Origin: Chiloscyllium plagiosum
Taxonomy: Eukaryota
DNA: 64,000 bases
Direction: 5' to 3'
Assembly (NCBI RefSeq): GCF_004010195.1
Contig: NC_057718.1
Span: 101,280,629 to 101,344,628 of the forward strand
Shown here in pieces: positions 1-12,318 of this stretch (position 1 is the stretch's first letter; the number at the start of each line of letters is the position of its first letter). Both the position numbers and the translations under genes were made by a program. Under the pieces are notes generated by a model, which worked only from the letters and a program-made list of their open reading frames with translations, did no database searches and was not told where the DNA came from.

Positions 1-1178
1 TTATTCTCAGCACCAGTTCTCTCTCTGTAAGAATAGAGTGGGGTTATGGCACCTTTACCATCAATAAGGCTACCTATTTCTAACTCCAGAGCATCTCTCC
101 ATTCTGCTCCTTTTGCAGTTTTAACTGTTGCAATGAACCTCCATCTTTATTTTCCTCTAAATCATTAGGCTTTCATAACCTTGAGATCACCAATTTTTTG
201 TTCACTGCGTCCCAAGTTGCATTTAATGCAGTTCACTTATTAACCTCAGATGTGCTCCCTTACACTGACTCCTCATTATACACTATGCTGATTTGAAAAT
301 CCTCTTCCCTCTCTTGAAATCCCTCTGTATCCTCACCCACTCCCTATCTCTGTCATCTCCTCCAGCCTTACAAACCTCAGAGATCTCTGCATGCAAACAC
401 CCAGGTCTTAATGCAGCTCCTCCACCAAGAACAATTCTAATGGCTTATATTCCCAAATACTGTACTTTCTCAGTAAGAGAGTTAAGTTGCTATTGGATCC
501 CTAGTGATCTGAGTAGTGGTTGCTTCACTACAGTAACCATTTTAGATTTTCACCACTATCTTTCCAGTTCGGAAAATGGGTTGTCATGTTTGTTTTGGAA
601 TTATTCAACATCCTGTCTGTTTGATGAACTCATTTTAAAATCGGATTTGACCCAGAACTGTCTTCACTATGTTTAATTTTCCACTTTTTTTTTGACTCAA
701 CGTTTACGTCGTAATGAGGAAAAATGTCACAAAACTTGATCTTGGGGCGTGAGCTCAGGATCAATAGCTGGAAGCGCCTGTTGACTTATGGCATATCGCG
801 TACTCTCTGATTATTTTCCTGCTCAGGCACAATTTATCACGATCAATTTTATTAGGAATCAAGGACTGCAAGTCATTGCATGTTCACTTTCATTCACACC
901 CCTTTCTTTTACAAAGCCTCTGTTAATAGTTGTGGTGTATCTGTTGGAGGTTAATGAAAGATTCTGTTTACCTGCCCCACTGCTCATTGTAACAATTACT
1001 GCAACCAATTACAAACACAGCCAATTAATATCAGTCATCATCAATTTACACAGATATAATCAAGCTGCCTAACAAAAGATGTCATAGGCCTTGATAGATT
1101 TAAGGTTCACAAGTTTTTAATGACAATCTGGTAATTTCATGATCATTCAATGTGGGTCAAAGTACACTTTTGGCATCA

Positions 1179-1371
1179 TGATTTGGAGATGCTGATGTTG
1201 GACTGGGCTGTACAAAGTTAAAAATCACACGACACCAGGTTATAGTCCTGCAGAATGAATTGGAAGCACTAGCTCCTTCACAACCACCTTATGAAGGAGC
1301 AGCGCTCCAAAAGCTGGTGCTTTCAATTAAAGGTGTTGGACTATAACGTGGTGTTGTGTGATTTTTTTAAC
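1179..1371. mobile_element. Short PLE-derived hairpin element, family C, with decayed hammerhead motif
   Basis: Inverted arms (aaaaatcacacgacaccaggttatagtcc / ggactataacgtggtgttgtgtgattttt); TSD ttttggcatc at 1169-1178 and 1372-1381; decayed core ttatgaaggagcagcgctccaaaagct. Confidence 0.8.
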
Positions 1372-1567
1372 TTTTGGCATCCTCAGTGTTACTCAGTTTG
1401 TGTGAAAGTGTGCTATCATTTTCAAAGTGGGAACACAGCTCTCTGTATCTGTCCCTATCTAGAGCAGGTTTAGTTGACCTGCCACTAAATTGTAAATTTT
1501 CTTTGTTCTGCTTTTCTGGACAGTTGCATGATTAGGTGGGGAGCAGAGAGATACAGATCCTTAGAAA

Positions 1568-1670
1568 TTGGGCTATAGGTTTAGACAGTGGATTTGGATC
1601 GGCACAGGCTTGGAGGGCCGAAGAGCCTGTGCCTGGGATGTAAAATTTCTTTGTTCTTTCTTTGTTCTTT
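1568..1670 (+). mobile_element. CR1 LINE 3' tail fragment
   Basis: Matches the 3' end of the CR1 copy at 22500-22610 (ggcacaggcttggagggccgaag...ttctttgttcttt). Confidence 0.7.
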
Positions 1671-1910
1671 ATTTAAATACCCTCAAGCAATGTTACATCA
1701 CTAGTCCCCTGTGGGATCTTTTGGCTGTAGCTTTTGGTATTAATTTAAGATTTTGCCATCAATGCTAATTGACATTAATGTGAATGAGTTACTAAATCCA
1801 AGTCTTGAGAATCACAGATACAGGGCCACTTGACCCATTGGGTCAGATTCTGGATCAGTGGTGCTGGAAGAGCACAGCAATTCAGGCAGCATCCGACGAG
1901 CAGCAAAATC

Positions 1911-1938
1911 GACGTTTCGGGCAAAAGCCCTTCATCAG
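1911..1938 (-). ncRNA. Minimal type-I hammerhead ribozyme motif, intact core
   Basis: Minus strand CTGATGA-A-GGGC-TTTT-GCCC-GAAAC-GTC. Confidence 0.8.
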
Positions 1939-2337
1939 GAATAAAGGCAGAGAGCCTGAAGCGTGGAGAGATAAGCGAGAGGAGGGTGGGGGTGGTGAGA
2001 AAGTAGCATAGAGTACAATAGGTGAGTGGGGGAGGAGATGAAGGTGATAGGTCNNNNNNNNNNNNNNNNNNNNNNNNNNNNNNNNNNNNNNNNNNNNNNN
2101 NNNNNNNNNNNNNNNNNNNNNNNNNNNNNNNNNNNNNNNNNNNNNNNNNNNNNNNNNNNNNNNNNNNNNNNNNNNNNNNNNNNNNNNNNNNNNNNNNNNN
2201 NNNNNNNNNNNNNNNNNNNNNNNNNNNNNNNNNNNNNNNNNNNNNNNNNNNNNNNNNNNNNNNNNNNNNNNNNNNNNNNNNNNNNNNNNCCCTCCTCTAG
2301 CTTATCTCTCCACGTTTCAGGCTCTCTGCCTTTATTC

Positions 2338-2365
2338 CTGATGAAGGGCTTTTGCCCGAAACGTC
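2338..2365 (+). ncRNA. Minimal type-I hammerhead ribozyme motif, intact core
   Basis: CTGATGA-A-GGGC-TTTT-GCCC-GAAAC-GTC. Confidence 0.8.
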
Positions 2366-2553
2366 GATTTTGCCTGACCTCGGATGCTGCCTGAATTACT
2401 GTGCTCTTCCAGCACCACTAATCCAGAATCTGGTTTCCAGCATCTGCAGTCATTGTTTTTACCCCATTGGGTCAGAGCCAACTCTTTTAGACATCAGCTG
2501 ATTGGTCCCCTTCTCCCTCTCTCTCTACCCGGGTGTGTCCTTATATTCCCGCT

Positions 2554-2584
2554 CTGATGAAGAGTTATCTAACTCGAAACATTA
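2554..2584 (+). ncRNA. Hammerhead motif, family B (stem III palindrome mutated)
   Basis: CTGATGA-A-GAGTT-ATCT-AACTC-GAAAC-ATTA inside a PLE-type terminal fragment (about 2500-2620). Confidence 0.65.
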
Positions 2585-2621
2585 GCTTGCTGCTTGTTCA
2601 TGGATGCTGCCTGTGATCTCC

Positions 2622-2752
2622 CGGAGAGAGTGAGGACTGCAGATGCTGGAGAGTCAGAGTCGGAAAAGGTGACGCTGGAAAAGCACAGCAGGTCAGGCAT
2701 CATCCGAAGAGCAGGGGAGCTGACGTTTTGGGCATAACCCTTCATCAGGAAT
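2622..2752 (-). mobile_element. PLE terminal fragment, family A-like, hammerhead G12 mutated
   Basis: Shares actgcagatgctgg...gctggaaaagcacagcaggtcaggca...cccttcatcagga with the other copies; core reads CCCAAAAC instead of CCCGAAAC. Confidence 0.75.
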
Positions 2753-3524
2753 ATTGTGATTTCCAGCATTTTTTGTTTTCAATACGGACTCCAGCATCTC
2801 CAGTAATTTGCTTCTTTTATTTCTCCTTTGAATATTTAAGCAATACTGTTTGTTCAGGAGGTATTTCTCACCTTATTGGACGGTGCTGTCTAAATCCTGA
2901 CCACCTGCCACTTATTGTAAGCTCTCTCTCCTCTTGCCCCTGTTCTTTTTCCAATCTGTGTTGTAAATCTGTGCTCTCTGGTTACCATCCCTTTAATGTT
3001 GTAAGGCTAAAGTGGAACACTTCTCTATGTTGATCAAACCAATTTATCACATTTGACATTCACTCAACAAGTTTGAGAATCCAAAGTTGCTATCAGGCTT
3101 TTCTCTCACCCACTTGAAGTGCATGAAAGCTCTTCACCGTTTATTTGGGGACTGCAGTGCTTAATTATTTGATGTCTTGAAGATAGTGTTCCATCATCTT
3201 TTTGCATGAGTGACCATCAGGATTTACTGAGGTTCTCTATCCTGTTAATCTGATCTACTTTATCTGTAGTTTCTGAGAGTCAGGCTGTTATTTAGTGGAA
3301 CTTATCAGCTATGATCATATCACAATATCACCGTCAGCTCCGTGAGTAACACCAAAGGTCAAATGGACTAATAGAGTTCTCCTTCAAATAGTTGTGATCT
3401 GCTATTGAGTGTCCACTCAGGCATAATTGTTGTCATCATCCCTGCTGAAATAAATAGTCCCATACCACTAAAGTAAACATATGTCTCAATAGAATCGTTT
3501 GTTAAATCGATTGAGAAAAGTAAT

Positions 3525-4142
3525 CAGAAAGCACCTTGTAGATCTCCAGGCATGTCAGAGTGCCGTAAAACTGAGGAAATACTTTTGAAGTGTAGTCATT
3601 GTCATAGCATAAACATGACGGCCAATATGTACACAACAAGCTCGCACAAATCACAAAGTGACAATAATCCACTTTAGTGATATTGCTTATGGGGTAAACA
3701 TAGCCGACGACACATGGAATAAGCTCTCTTGCTCTTCATTGGAATAGTAATTTGTTTTCGCATCGAATTGTAATGTTCATCTTTTGAACTTTATTTCTTA
3801 TTTTTCTAACTTGTTCTATGAATAATTGTAAGTATTCTAACTTTTTTCCCTCTGAATTTCTCTATTTTGTATCTAAGACTTGTACCTCGATACTTGGTAC
3901 CTAAAATGGTGACATTGTAAATGTTTCGCTGTACTCCTGTACTTGAGTATCCGTGACAGTAAACCTAATTCTAAACTGAGAGGGAATCAGGGTTCTCAGT
4001 TTAATGTCTTATCTGAAAGGTTCAGTGGCAGCATTGCAGCATTCTTTCAGCACTGCGTTGGAGTATGAGCCAAAACTTTAGTGTATGATCTGAACCCATA
4101 AACATCTGATTCAGAAGCAAGAGTGCTACCTACTGAGCTGCA
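3525..4142 (-). mobile_element. Old Deu-domain SINE (SacSINE1/AmnSINE1-like), interrupted at about 3745-3975 by a probable LINE 3' UTR
   Basis: Minus strand has a tRNA-like head (gctcagtaggtagcactcttgcttctgaatcag...gggttca) and a Deu-like segment (tttgtgcgagcttgttgtgtacatattggccg...gactacacttcaaaagta); family assigned from recalled consensus. Confidence 0.55.
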
Positions 4143-5096
4143 GCTGATACTTCATGGCATATTGTTCAATATTCCACCTACCAAACCACACAAATATCTT
4201 GTGTGCAGTATTTCAGTGTCTGTATTTAGGAATGGATATGTGGAGGCCATACAGTGAAGATGGACTGAATTGCGCCCTGCCATAAAGGGGCTATCCCATG
4301 ATATCGGGCTTATATTTACTCGACTTTAGAAAAATGAAAGGCGATTTCATTGGATTTATAGGGGTCTGGATGGAATAGATGCTGAGAGATTGATTCTGTT
4401 GGTTGGAGAATCGAAAGTACAGGATCCCAGTCTCAGAATAATGGATTGATCATTTCAGACACAGAGTCATAGAGTTGCAGAGATGTACAGCATGAAAACA
4501 CACCCTACGGTCCAACTTGTCCATGCCAACCAGATATACTAAATTAATCGAGTTCCACTTGCCAGCATTTGGCCCATATCCCTCCAAACGCTTCCTGTTC
4601 ATATACCCATCCAGATGCCTTTTAAATGTTATAATTGTACCATCCTCCACCACTTCTTCTGGCAGCTCATTCCATACATGTACCACTCTCTGTGTGAAAA
4701 GGTTACCCCTTAGGTCTTTTTTATACCTTTCCCCTCTCACCCTAAACCTATGCCCTCTAATTCTGGACTCCCTGGCACCAGGGAAAAAACTTTGCCTTTT
4801 TATTCTATCCATGCCCCTCGTAATTTTGTAAACCTCTATTAGGTCGATGCTCCAGGGAAAACAGCCCCAGCCTGTTCAGCCTCTCCCTATAGCTCAAACC
4901 CTCCAATCCTGGCAACATCCTTGTAAATCTTTTCTGAACCCTTTCAAGTTTCACAACATCCTCTGGAAACCAGAATTGAATGCAGTATTCCAAAAGTGGC
5001 CTCACCAATGTCCTGTACAACTGCAACATGACCTCCCAACATCTATACTCAATGCACTGACCAATAAAGGAAAGCATACCAAACACCGCCTTCACT

Positions 5097-5229
5097 TTTA
5101 TTCCTGATGAAGGGCTTTTGCCCGAAACGTCGATTTTACTGCTCCTCGGATGCTGCCTGAACTGCTGTGCTCTTCCAGCACCACTAATCCAGAATCTGGT
5201 TTCCAGCATCTGCAGTCATTGTTTTTACC
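5097..5229 (+). mobile_element. PLE family A terminal insertion nested in CR1
   Basis: TSD accgccttcact at 5085-5096 and 5227-5238; interrupts the CR1 coding sequence. Confidence 0.9.
5104..5131 (+). ncRNA. Minimal type-I hammerhead ribozyme motif, intact core
   Basis: CTGATGA-A-GGGC-TTTT-GCCC-GAAAC-GTC. Confidence 0.8.
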
Positions 5230-7577
5230 GCCTTCACTATCCTATCTACCTGCAACTCTTCTGTCAAGGAACTATGAACCTGCACTCCAAGGTCTCTTTG
5301 TTCAGCAACACTCCCCAGAACCTTACTATTAAGTGTATATGTCCTGCCCTGATTTGCCTTCCCAAAATGCAGCACCTCACATTTATCTAAGTTAAACTCT
5401 ATCTGCCACTCCTTAGCCTATTGGCTCATCTGATGAAGGTCCTTAGATGAGGAGAAACTATTTCACTCATAGGGAAGCAAACCTAAAACCTGTGAGAAAT
5501 TGATTAACACCCAACAGACTTAAATTGACTTAGAGATGGAAAGTTATATTGAGTGTTCCTCAAAAAGGTACAAGTCTTAGATACAAAATGGAGAAACGTG
5601 TCTTTGTCACAACATGAATTTCACTTCCTCCAAAATAGAATTTAAGGATCCCTGATGGGCAGCTTTGACGGTGATTTTAAGTTTATGATTGCTCACTTTG
5701 CAAAAGTAAAATTAAATAAAGTTTAAAGTGAAAGTAAAGTGAGAGAAAAAAGCCTCAACATAATCATATTGGCAAAGGGGAAATAATTTAATTCCATTTG
5801 TTATGAAGAGAATTTATCATAACTTTCTGCCACAAGCTGTGTTTGTTTGATATTATAGAACTCACACATAAGAGTAAAAATATTGCAAGTCCATGACTAC
5901 TCCATTGCCACCTTCCTTTCCCACTCAAAGTTGCATGGCTCCAGCGTTTTTAAAGCACTTCTCTATTTATTTTCTCTGCTCTTCTTTCCTGTCATTTCCT
6001 GCCTGTGAATCCATCCTCTTTTTGTTCCCTGGCTTCAACCCACCAGGAGGTGATGTGAAAATGTTCCTCTTGTTTTCACTTGCATACTGAAGGGGGAGGG
6101 CACCTGATCACCTGCAGTTCGGGTTTCCCGAGAGTGGGAGCTGCCTGACAAACTCTTTAAAGGTTTCTGAATTACACTATTGCTCGAGGCACTGGGTTGA
6201 ATGTAGAGAGTCGTCACACTATTTGCAGAATAGATAGAATTAAAAAAAACATCTAATGTTGAAACTTGCTTGGATTTGCAAACAGCAAAGATCTGCCATT
6301 GCAATGTATAGTAGTCCATAAACAGTGCGACTCTCTGCAAGCATCAGTGCTGAAGCTCTCTGGGCTGTGTAAGTTTTCACATTACTGCTTTTAAACACAT
6401 TCTTTGTCCTAAGAACCCTTAGTGATTCAGAATGAAATTCATTCCTTCAGGCAAAGCCAGAGTGGAATTTGTTGTGAGAACACACTCTCTTGGTGCTGGA
6501 TTTTTAGAGACAGAATGGTTGGTTCAGTTGGCAAGACTACTGGGTCAGTAAAACACCAACAGCACAGGTTGTGTTCCCGTTCTGGGTGAGGTAGATGTAG
6601 GATCTGCCTTCTAGTCCTGCCCCGAGGGTGGGAAACACATTGCCCAGAGAAGTGGCTCGGATTGAAGTGTCAGCAGACAATGAGCTCGGAGGGAGATGAC
6701 TCTATAATCAGCAATGACTTGGACATGTGACCTGGAGCCCCAGGCAGCTGGTGGAATTTAAATACAATTAATGAAATGTAGAGTTGCTAGTCTTGGTGAC
6801 TGTGAAACCATCATCGACTGTTATAGAACATAGAACATAGAAGTTTTTTGGATGTGGGTGGACGGAGGTCGAACCCAGATCCCTGGTGCTGAGAGGCAGC
6901 AGTGCTAACCACTGAGCCACCGTGCCTCTCCTAATCTTGTACCCTTCAAATCATTATGAAAACTCATCCAATTCATTACAGAAGTAGACAATTCTGCAGA
7001 GAGAGAGACTGTTCAGTCAATTGTGTCTGCAATGGTACTTTTACCAAATGTCCTTTTGGGAAATATATTGCTGTTCTTGCCTGGTTTGCCCTACATATGA
7101 AGCACAGCAATATAGTTGACTCTTAACTGTCCCTTAAAATGGCCAAACAAGGCACTCAGTTCATTGGCAAAGAGGGATAGGCAACAAAAGCTCACTTGAA
7201 GGCAATACCTATACATACTGAACAATTGGTTGATTATTGTGAGAATGTGTGAAAGAAAATTACCAGTATGAGAAACATAGTCAAGTTGCATGTTCAACAA
7301 ATCACAAATCTGTCCTTAACCAATGCAATCAAGAAAACAAAGCAGAAGCTAAACCAACATTTTTTAGAATTATCTTTTGTCACTTAAAGTAACATATTCT
7401 ACCAAAATGAACTGGTCAAGTTATTGAAAATAATTTTGTCCTCAGTCGCATTCTGCCAAACTGAACAAATCAAGTTATTGAAAATATTTTTGTGTCTTCA
7501 ATTTTCCCCACAACCAGCCAAATGCACATAGGTTCCAAAATATTGTCGAGTTTGAGCAGAATTGCCAAGTTTCAAAA

Positions 7578-7900
7578 CAGTGGCTCAGTGGTTAGCACTG
7601 CTGCCTCACAGCGCCAGGAACCTGGGTTTGATTTCAGCCCCGGGCGACTGTCTGTGTGGGGTTTGCACATTCTCCCCATGTCTGTATGGGCTCCAGTTTC
7701 CTCCCACAGTCCAAAGATGTGCAGGCTAGGTGGCCATCCAAAATTGCCCATAGTGTTCAGGGATGTGTGGTTTAGGTGAGTTGGCCATGGGAAGTAACGG
7801 GAATAGGATGGGGGATGGTTCTGGGTAGGATGCTCTTTGGAGGGTCAGTGTGGACTTGATGGGCTGAATAGCCTGTTTCCACATTGTAGGGAATCTATGA
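7578..7900 (+). mobile_element. HE1-type SINE
   Basis: tRNA-like head (gtggctcagtggttagcactgctgcctcacagcgccagg), V-SINE-type core (gtttgcacattctcccc...ccaaagatgtgcagg), CR1-like tail (cctgtttccacattgta). Confidence 0.85.
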
Positions 7901-8731
7901 ATAAAATAATCTCATCTTTAAAGCTGGACAATTTCTGTTGGAAGTTCACAAGTTAAATTTTACCTAAAGTTCATGGCTTGAATTTCTTGCTGTAGTGATT
8001 GTAATGAAATGGTTGTGTCCCAGTGTGACTGCTGTTCTCCTTTTGATAGCAGAAGAGTATAAAGTCAGCATGACAACCAATACAAACAAATTACTCGGTT
8101 CATTTAGCATCATAACTTCTTTCTTTTTTGCATTCACTTGTGGGATGTGGGTGTTACTGGCTGGGTCAGCAATTATTGCTGTCCCTAGTTGCCCCTTGAG
8201 AAGTTGGCAGTGAGCTGTTTCTCAGTGTATCAGCCCCACCGGTGGAACTTTATCCCAGTGAATCTGCTCTCACTGTGAATAGAATTGGAAAGCAGCAAGG
8301 TGGCCAGGGTTGTTTATCCATCCAATTTCCCGCTAATGCCAAAGCAACTTCTTGCTCCTTAAAAGAAAACTTTCTCTGCAGCTTTGTAAACAACAGGAAT
8401 CAGTTTGCAAACCACTCCGTTCCCATGCAGGATATTTTCCCAAATCTCATCTCTTTAACATAAAACAACAAACTCAAGTAACTACTATAAGAAAACCAAA
8501 CACTCTCAGTACTAGCTTTTTGAAACACAAACAAGGAAGGCGAAAAGAGTTGGTCAGTGTCATTGGAGGGAGCAGGCACCCGGCTTCTCAGAATCATGTC
8601 CTTCAGAACCAAAAAAACTTAAAGAGACATGCACACTTGTCTCTTTTGGAAGCCAGTACTAAGTCTGAAGGTTTGTCTGGGTCTGTGGTCATTTGCAAAG
8701 AAATTGCTGCTCACCATTGACTTGAAATGGG

Positions 8732-8865
8732 AGGTAAAAACAATGACTGCAGATGCTGGAAACCAGATTCTGGATTAGTGGTGCTGGAAGAGCACAGCAA
8801 TTCAGGCAGCATCCGAGGAGCAGCGAAATTGACGTTTCGGGCAAAAGCCCTTCATCAGGAATAAA
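8732..8865 (-). mobile_element. PLE family A terminal insertion
   Basis: TSD aaatgggaggt at 8725-8735 and 8863-8873; near-identical to the reverse complement of 5097-5229. Confidence 0.9.
8831..8858 (-). ncRNA. Minimal type-I hammerhead ribozyme motif, intact core
   Basis: Minus strand CTGATGA-A-GGGC-TTTT-GCCC-GAAAC-GTC. Confidence 0.78.
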
Positions 8866-9085
8866 TGGGAGGTGTCAGCCCCTTGTGAGGGGAACTTTCC
8901 TTTTCCCTATTTCAGTTTGATATCTGGGGCCAAGACAAGGGGATTCCAGGTATCAGCCTCACTGCTACTAACCTGCAGGGTCTGTAACCAATCATGTTGA
9001 AGTATCGTCACAGACAGCAAACTTGAACCGAATCTTCCACTTAAGATGAAAATTCTTCAGAGAGCAAAAGGAACCATTGGGAAAG

Positions 9086-9397
9086 GAATGTGAAATTAAG
9101 CAAGAAATGCAAACGCAAACCTGTAGAAAGGTTTTTTTCCAAAGAAAAAGTTTTAAATCATGAGGAAATTTGACTGTGTTAAAATCCAAACTCCAACTAT
9201 CCGCAATCATCAGATAGTTGGAGTTTGGATTTTAACACAGTGCCAAAGTATAAATTACTGCTGAGAAACTTACCCCACCTTGAAAACATTCAGTTTATAT
9301 TTGTGGACGTCAAATTTCCTCATGATTTAAAACTTTTTCTTTGGAAAAAAACCTTTCTACAGGTTTGCGTTTGCATTTCTTGCTTAATTTCACATTC
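9086..9397. repeat. Foldback inverted duplication of unique sequence
   Basis: 9086-9201 is the reverse complement of 9213-9241 plus 9311-9397; 11-nt spacer; the same peptide appears in ORFs 8992..9210(-) and 9225..9440(+). Confidence 0.9.
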
Positions 9398-9461
9398 GGT
9401 GCGGACTTGTTGGGCCGAAGGGCCTGTTTCCACACTGTAAGTAATCTAATTATCTAATCTA
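9398..9461 (+). mobile_element. HE1 SINE 3' tail, heavily 5'-truncated
   Basis: ggacttgttgggccgaagggcctgtttccacactgtaagtaatctaa matches the ends of the young HE1 copies. Confidence 0.85.
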
Positions 9462-11164
9462 ACATGCACGCGATTACACAAATACACAACATCTATTTTA
9501 GAGTTTGCCTTGATTTTAATGAGCAAGTTATAATCTGATGGGAAATTGGTCCTGTCACAGATATGGACAAGTAATTCTTTACCTTGCAAGGAGGCATTAC
9601 CCATGTCAGTGATAAATTGGGCAGTTGTGAGGTTGCCTGTTTTCTCTCTCAGTGTCACACCCACGCAACAGATGTGCATGCGGATTTTCTGCTGGCTGCA
9701 ATAGAATTTTCTTTAATAAATGTTCAGTGACAGGATAGCTGAAAAAAAAGTTTCAAACCATGTTAAGAGATGCAACCACACTCATTGTAATTCAAACCAG
9801 AATGGGAGAAACCTTTGGCATATGCTGGACATGACAAAAGATTAGCTGTAATAGCAGCAACAGAGCTGCCAGAGTGATGGATGACGATAGGCTCTTAGAA
9901 CATGACATTTGGAAATTTATATTTTCTTCTACTAAATAAATGATTAGGCCAGTGTATTATACATGGTGAAGAATAATATTTTTGAATCTTTCTGTCCAAG
10001 CTGTCAATAGCAGTTTGAAGCAGCCCTACATAAGTGACCTTACATGGTCGTTGCGCTCTGAGAGACATTTGTATTGTTAATTCTGCTGTAAAATAAGAAA
10101 AGAGGATTTTGAATAACAGGTAATGCTTTCTATAATGCTGCAAATTCAAAAGCAATGTTTTAATTACAGGATTTTGAAGTCATTGAACACCCAACCCTTG
10201 ATTCCCATTGATGCCAGTGAGCAAAAAATAACAATGTGACTGAACCCCAGATAGAGACGGAACTGAACTCTCCTTCTCTGGGTCCCTGTATAAAATGTGT
10301 TTGAGCAGTCTGAACCACAAAACTAACCTTGAACTAAATTTCACGTTTTTTTTTGACTTGGTCTGGATTATGTTGAGTTTTTTTTAAAAGGGTATTTCTG
10401 TCGTGATGCCTTGAGGTTTTCTCATGAAACCTGCCTCATTGACTACCTATCCCATGAGCCTCCACCTCCATGGCATGCCTCATGTCTGATTCCAGTCTCA
10501 TCTTATCATGCAGCTTTTCCAGAGCAACTTGCCACTCAGCGGATAACCGCTGAGTAGGCTGACATCCCGTTGTGCCCGTGCTAACTTTGAAAGACTGCTG
10601 TGCAAATGGGCGTGTGTTTGCTATTGCCCCTCATCAGCAATGTAATGGCACAGAGCTACGCTACCCATGGCACGGAGCCAATGTCTCTGGCACTCTCTCA
10701 TGCATTCAACCCCATTCTCTGACCAGAGGCTTGCTGCCTATTGGAAGTGATGTGGCTAAGATTGGCGTCACAGCAGCATATGCCCACACCCCAGATACTG
10801 CATCAGTTCAAGAAGGCATCTTCTCCAGGGACAGTTGGAAACATGCAGTAAATATTGTGGCCAGCTGTGTCCGCATCCAATGAACAGACAGACAAAACAT
10901 CAACCAGGTTCAACAGTATGGATGCCCCTTTCCAACACCACTGTTCGTGCCCCTAGAGTAGATTTCATTGGCAGGCTGTTGGTTGCCAGGACTCATTGTG
11001 GAGTTGTTGTGGTAATGGCACTAGATTCTGGCAATCCAGAACACCAGGCACATGTTTGTCTTATTATAGTCTCATTAAGTACATTCTAGTCTGAGAAAGG
11101 CAGATTTTTAAAGGGATAAAGGGATGTGGGGAAAAGGCTGGAGAGTGGAGTTGAGGATTATAAG

Positions 11165-11298
11165 AAATAAAACTGAAGAAACTGCGGTTGCTGTAAATCA
11201 GAAACAAGAACAGAAATTGCTAGAAAAGCTCAGCTTCTGGCAGCATTTGTGGAGAGAAATCAGGAGTTAACATTTCAGGTCGAGTGACCCTTCCCCAG
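11165..11298 (-). mobile_element. Older PLE terminal fragment, family D, with decayed hammerhead
   Basis: Minus strand ctggggaagggtcactcgacctgaaatgttaactc; related copies at about 13435-13530, 15780-15900, 31140-31215, 33585-33775, 34455-34660, 40345-40460, 40963-41045 and 47200-47410. Confidence 0.7.
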
Positions 11299-11620
11299 AG
11301 GATTAGAAGGATTATAAAATTGAATAAATGACCAGACTCGATGGGCTGAATGGCCTACTTCTGTTTCTGTGTCTAATATTGTACAATTCTGCCACCAGCC
11401 GTAACAAACCGAACAAGCTCCTTCACCAGAGCTGTTCACAATGGGACACTTGATTGCTCTTCGATTTGGGACTCCTGACTGGTAAAGTTGAAAGTATTGT
11501 GCTGGAAAAGCACAGCAGGTCAGGCAGCATCTGACGAGCAGGAGAGTCGACGTTTCAGGCATAAACCCTTAATCTACCTGACTGGTAGAGTCATCAGAAT
11601 TCTGTATGGATTACCTTACA
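11294..11620 (+). repeat. Copy 1 of a local duplication (copy 2 at 13198-13420); carries a PLE insertion at about 11485-11577
   Basis: Shared cagaggattagaaggattata...tctaatattgtacaattctgccaccagcc...tcgatttgggactcctg; TSD cctgactggta flanks the insertion. Confidence 0.85.
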
Positions 11621-12128
11621 ATTAATGGTCAATGAATGACTGGTGAGGGCTGAGCTATGTACTTACATCCGTGACAGTGAAGTGTTTGGGTTTTGTGGAG
11701 GTGTTCTAACCATTCAGTAAAAGCACTGAAATCTCCAACCCCAGTGCTCCACTGCCTTTCTTTCGGAGGCAAAGTGTCGCCCCCCGCCCCCCCCCCCCCC
11801 GTTTATCATTCAACAATGATTATCAGATCATTTGGTTTCAAGCAGTCCAAATAAAATTTCAAATTTCAGTGCTGTTTTACAAAATACAGGAGATGCAAAA
11901 TGATCGCCAAACTGAAATCAATTTTCATGTAACCCTGCTGTTGGAGAGACAATAACTATCAACCAAATGATTTGTATAAATGGCCTGCCTGATGGTCAAC
12001 AAGGTTGGTTTTGGTATGTAACCTGCTGGCTTCTGCATACATCCAGGGGTTTATTTTATTTCCAAGTAATCATTGCATTCATGCACTCAGCAATCAGATA
12101 GGGACAGAGAGAGGGAGCAGTGTTCAGC

Positions 12129-12318
12129 TCTGATCAAGAGCCTTCTAGACTCGAAATGTTAGCTTGCTCTCCCTCCATGGATGCTGCCTGACCTGCTGTG
12201 ATCTCCATGGAACCACCTGACAAAGGGGCAGCGCTCCAAAAGCTTATGATTTCAAATAAACCTGTCGGGCTATAACCTGTGACTTCTGACCTTGTCCACC
12301 GCAATCCAACACTGGCAC
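12129..12318 (+). mobile_element. Adjacent decayed PLE termini, families B and C
   Basis: ctgatcaagagccttctagactcgaaatgttagc followed by ctgacaaaggggcagcgctccaaaagctt. Confidence 0.7.

Larger units (their letters stand above)
1848..2462. mobile_element. PLE-derived element, family A, with inverted pseudo-LTR arms and an internal N gap (2054-2289)
   Basis: Arms 1848-2053 and 2290-2462 are reverse complements; 14-bp TSD cccattgggtcaga at 1834-1847 and 2463-2476. Confidence 0.85.
4463..5440 (-). mobile_element. CR1 (HER1-like) LINE, 5'-truncated
   Basis: ORF fragments LYRTLVRPLLEYCIQFW...LERVQKRFTRMLPG, FTQRVVHVWNELPEEVV and LHFGKANQ; ctctatga-type tail. Confidence 0.9.

Noticed and set aside
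8352..8720. 122 aa basic ORF
   Set aside because: Composition follows A-rich DNA; no family recognised
10534..10555. 9-bp hairpin actcagcgg-ataa-ccgctgagt as a terminator or structured RNA
   Set aside because: Isolated short palindrome, no U tract, eukaryotic context
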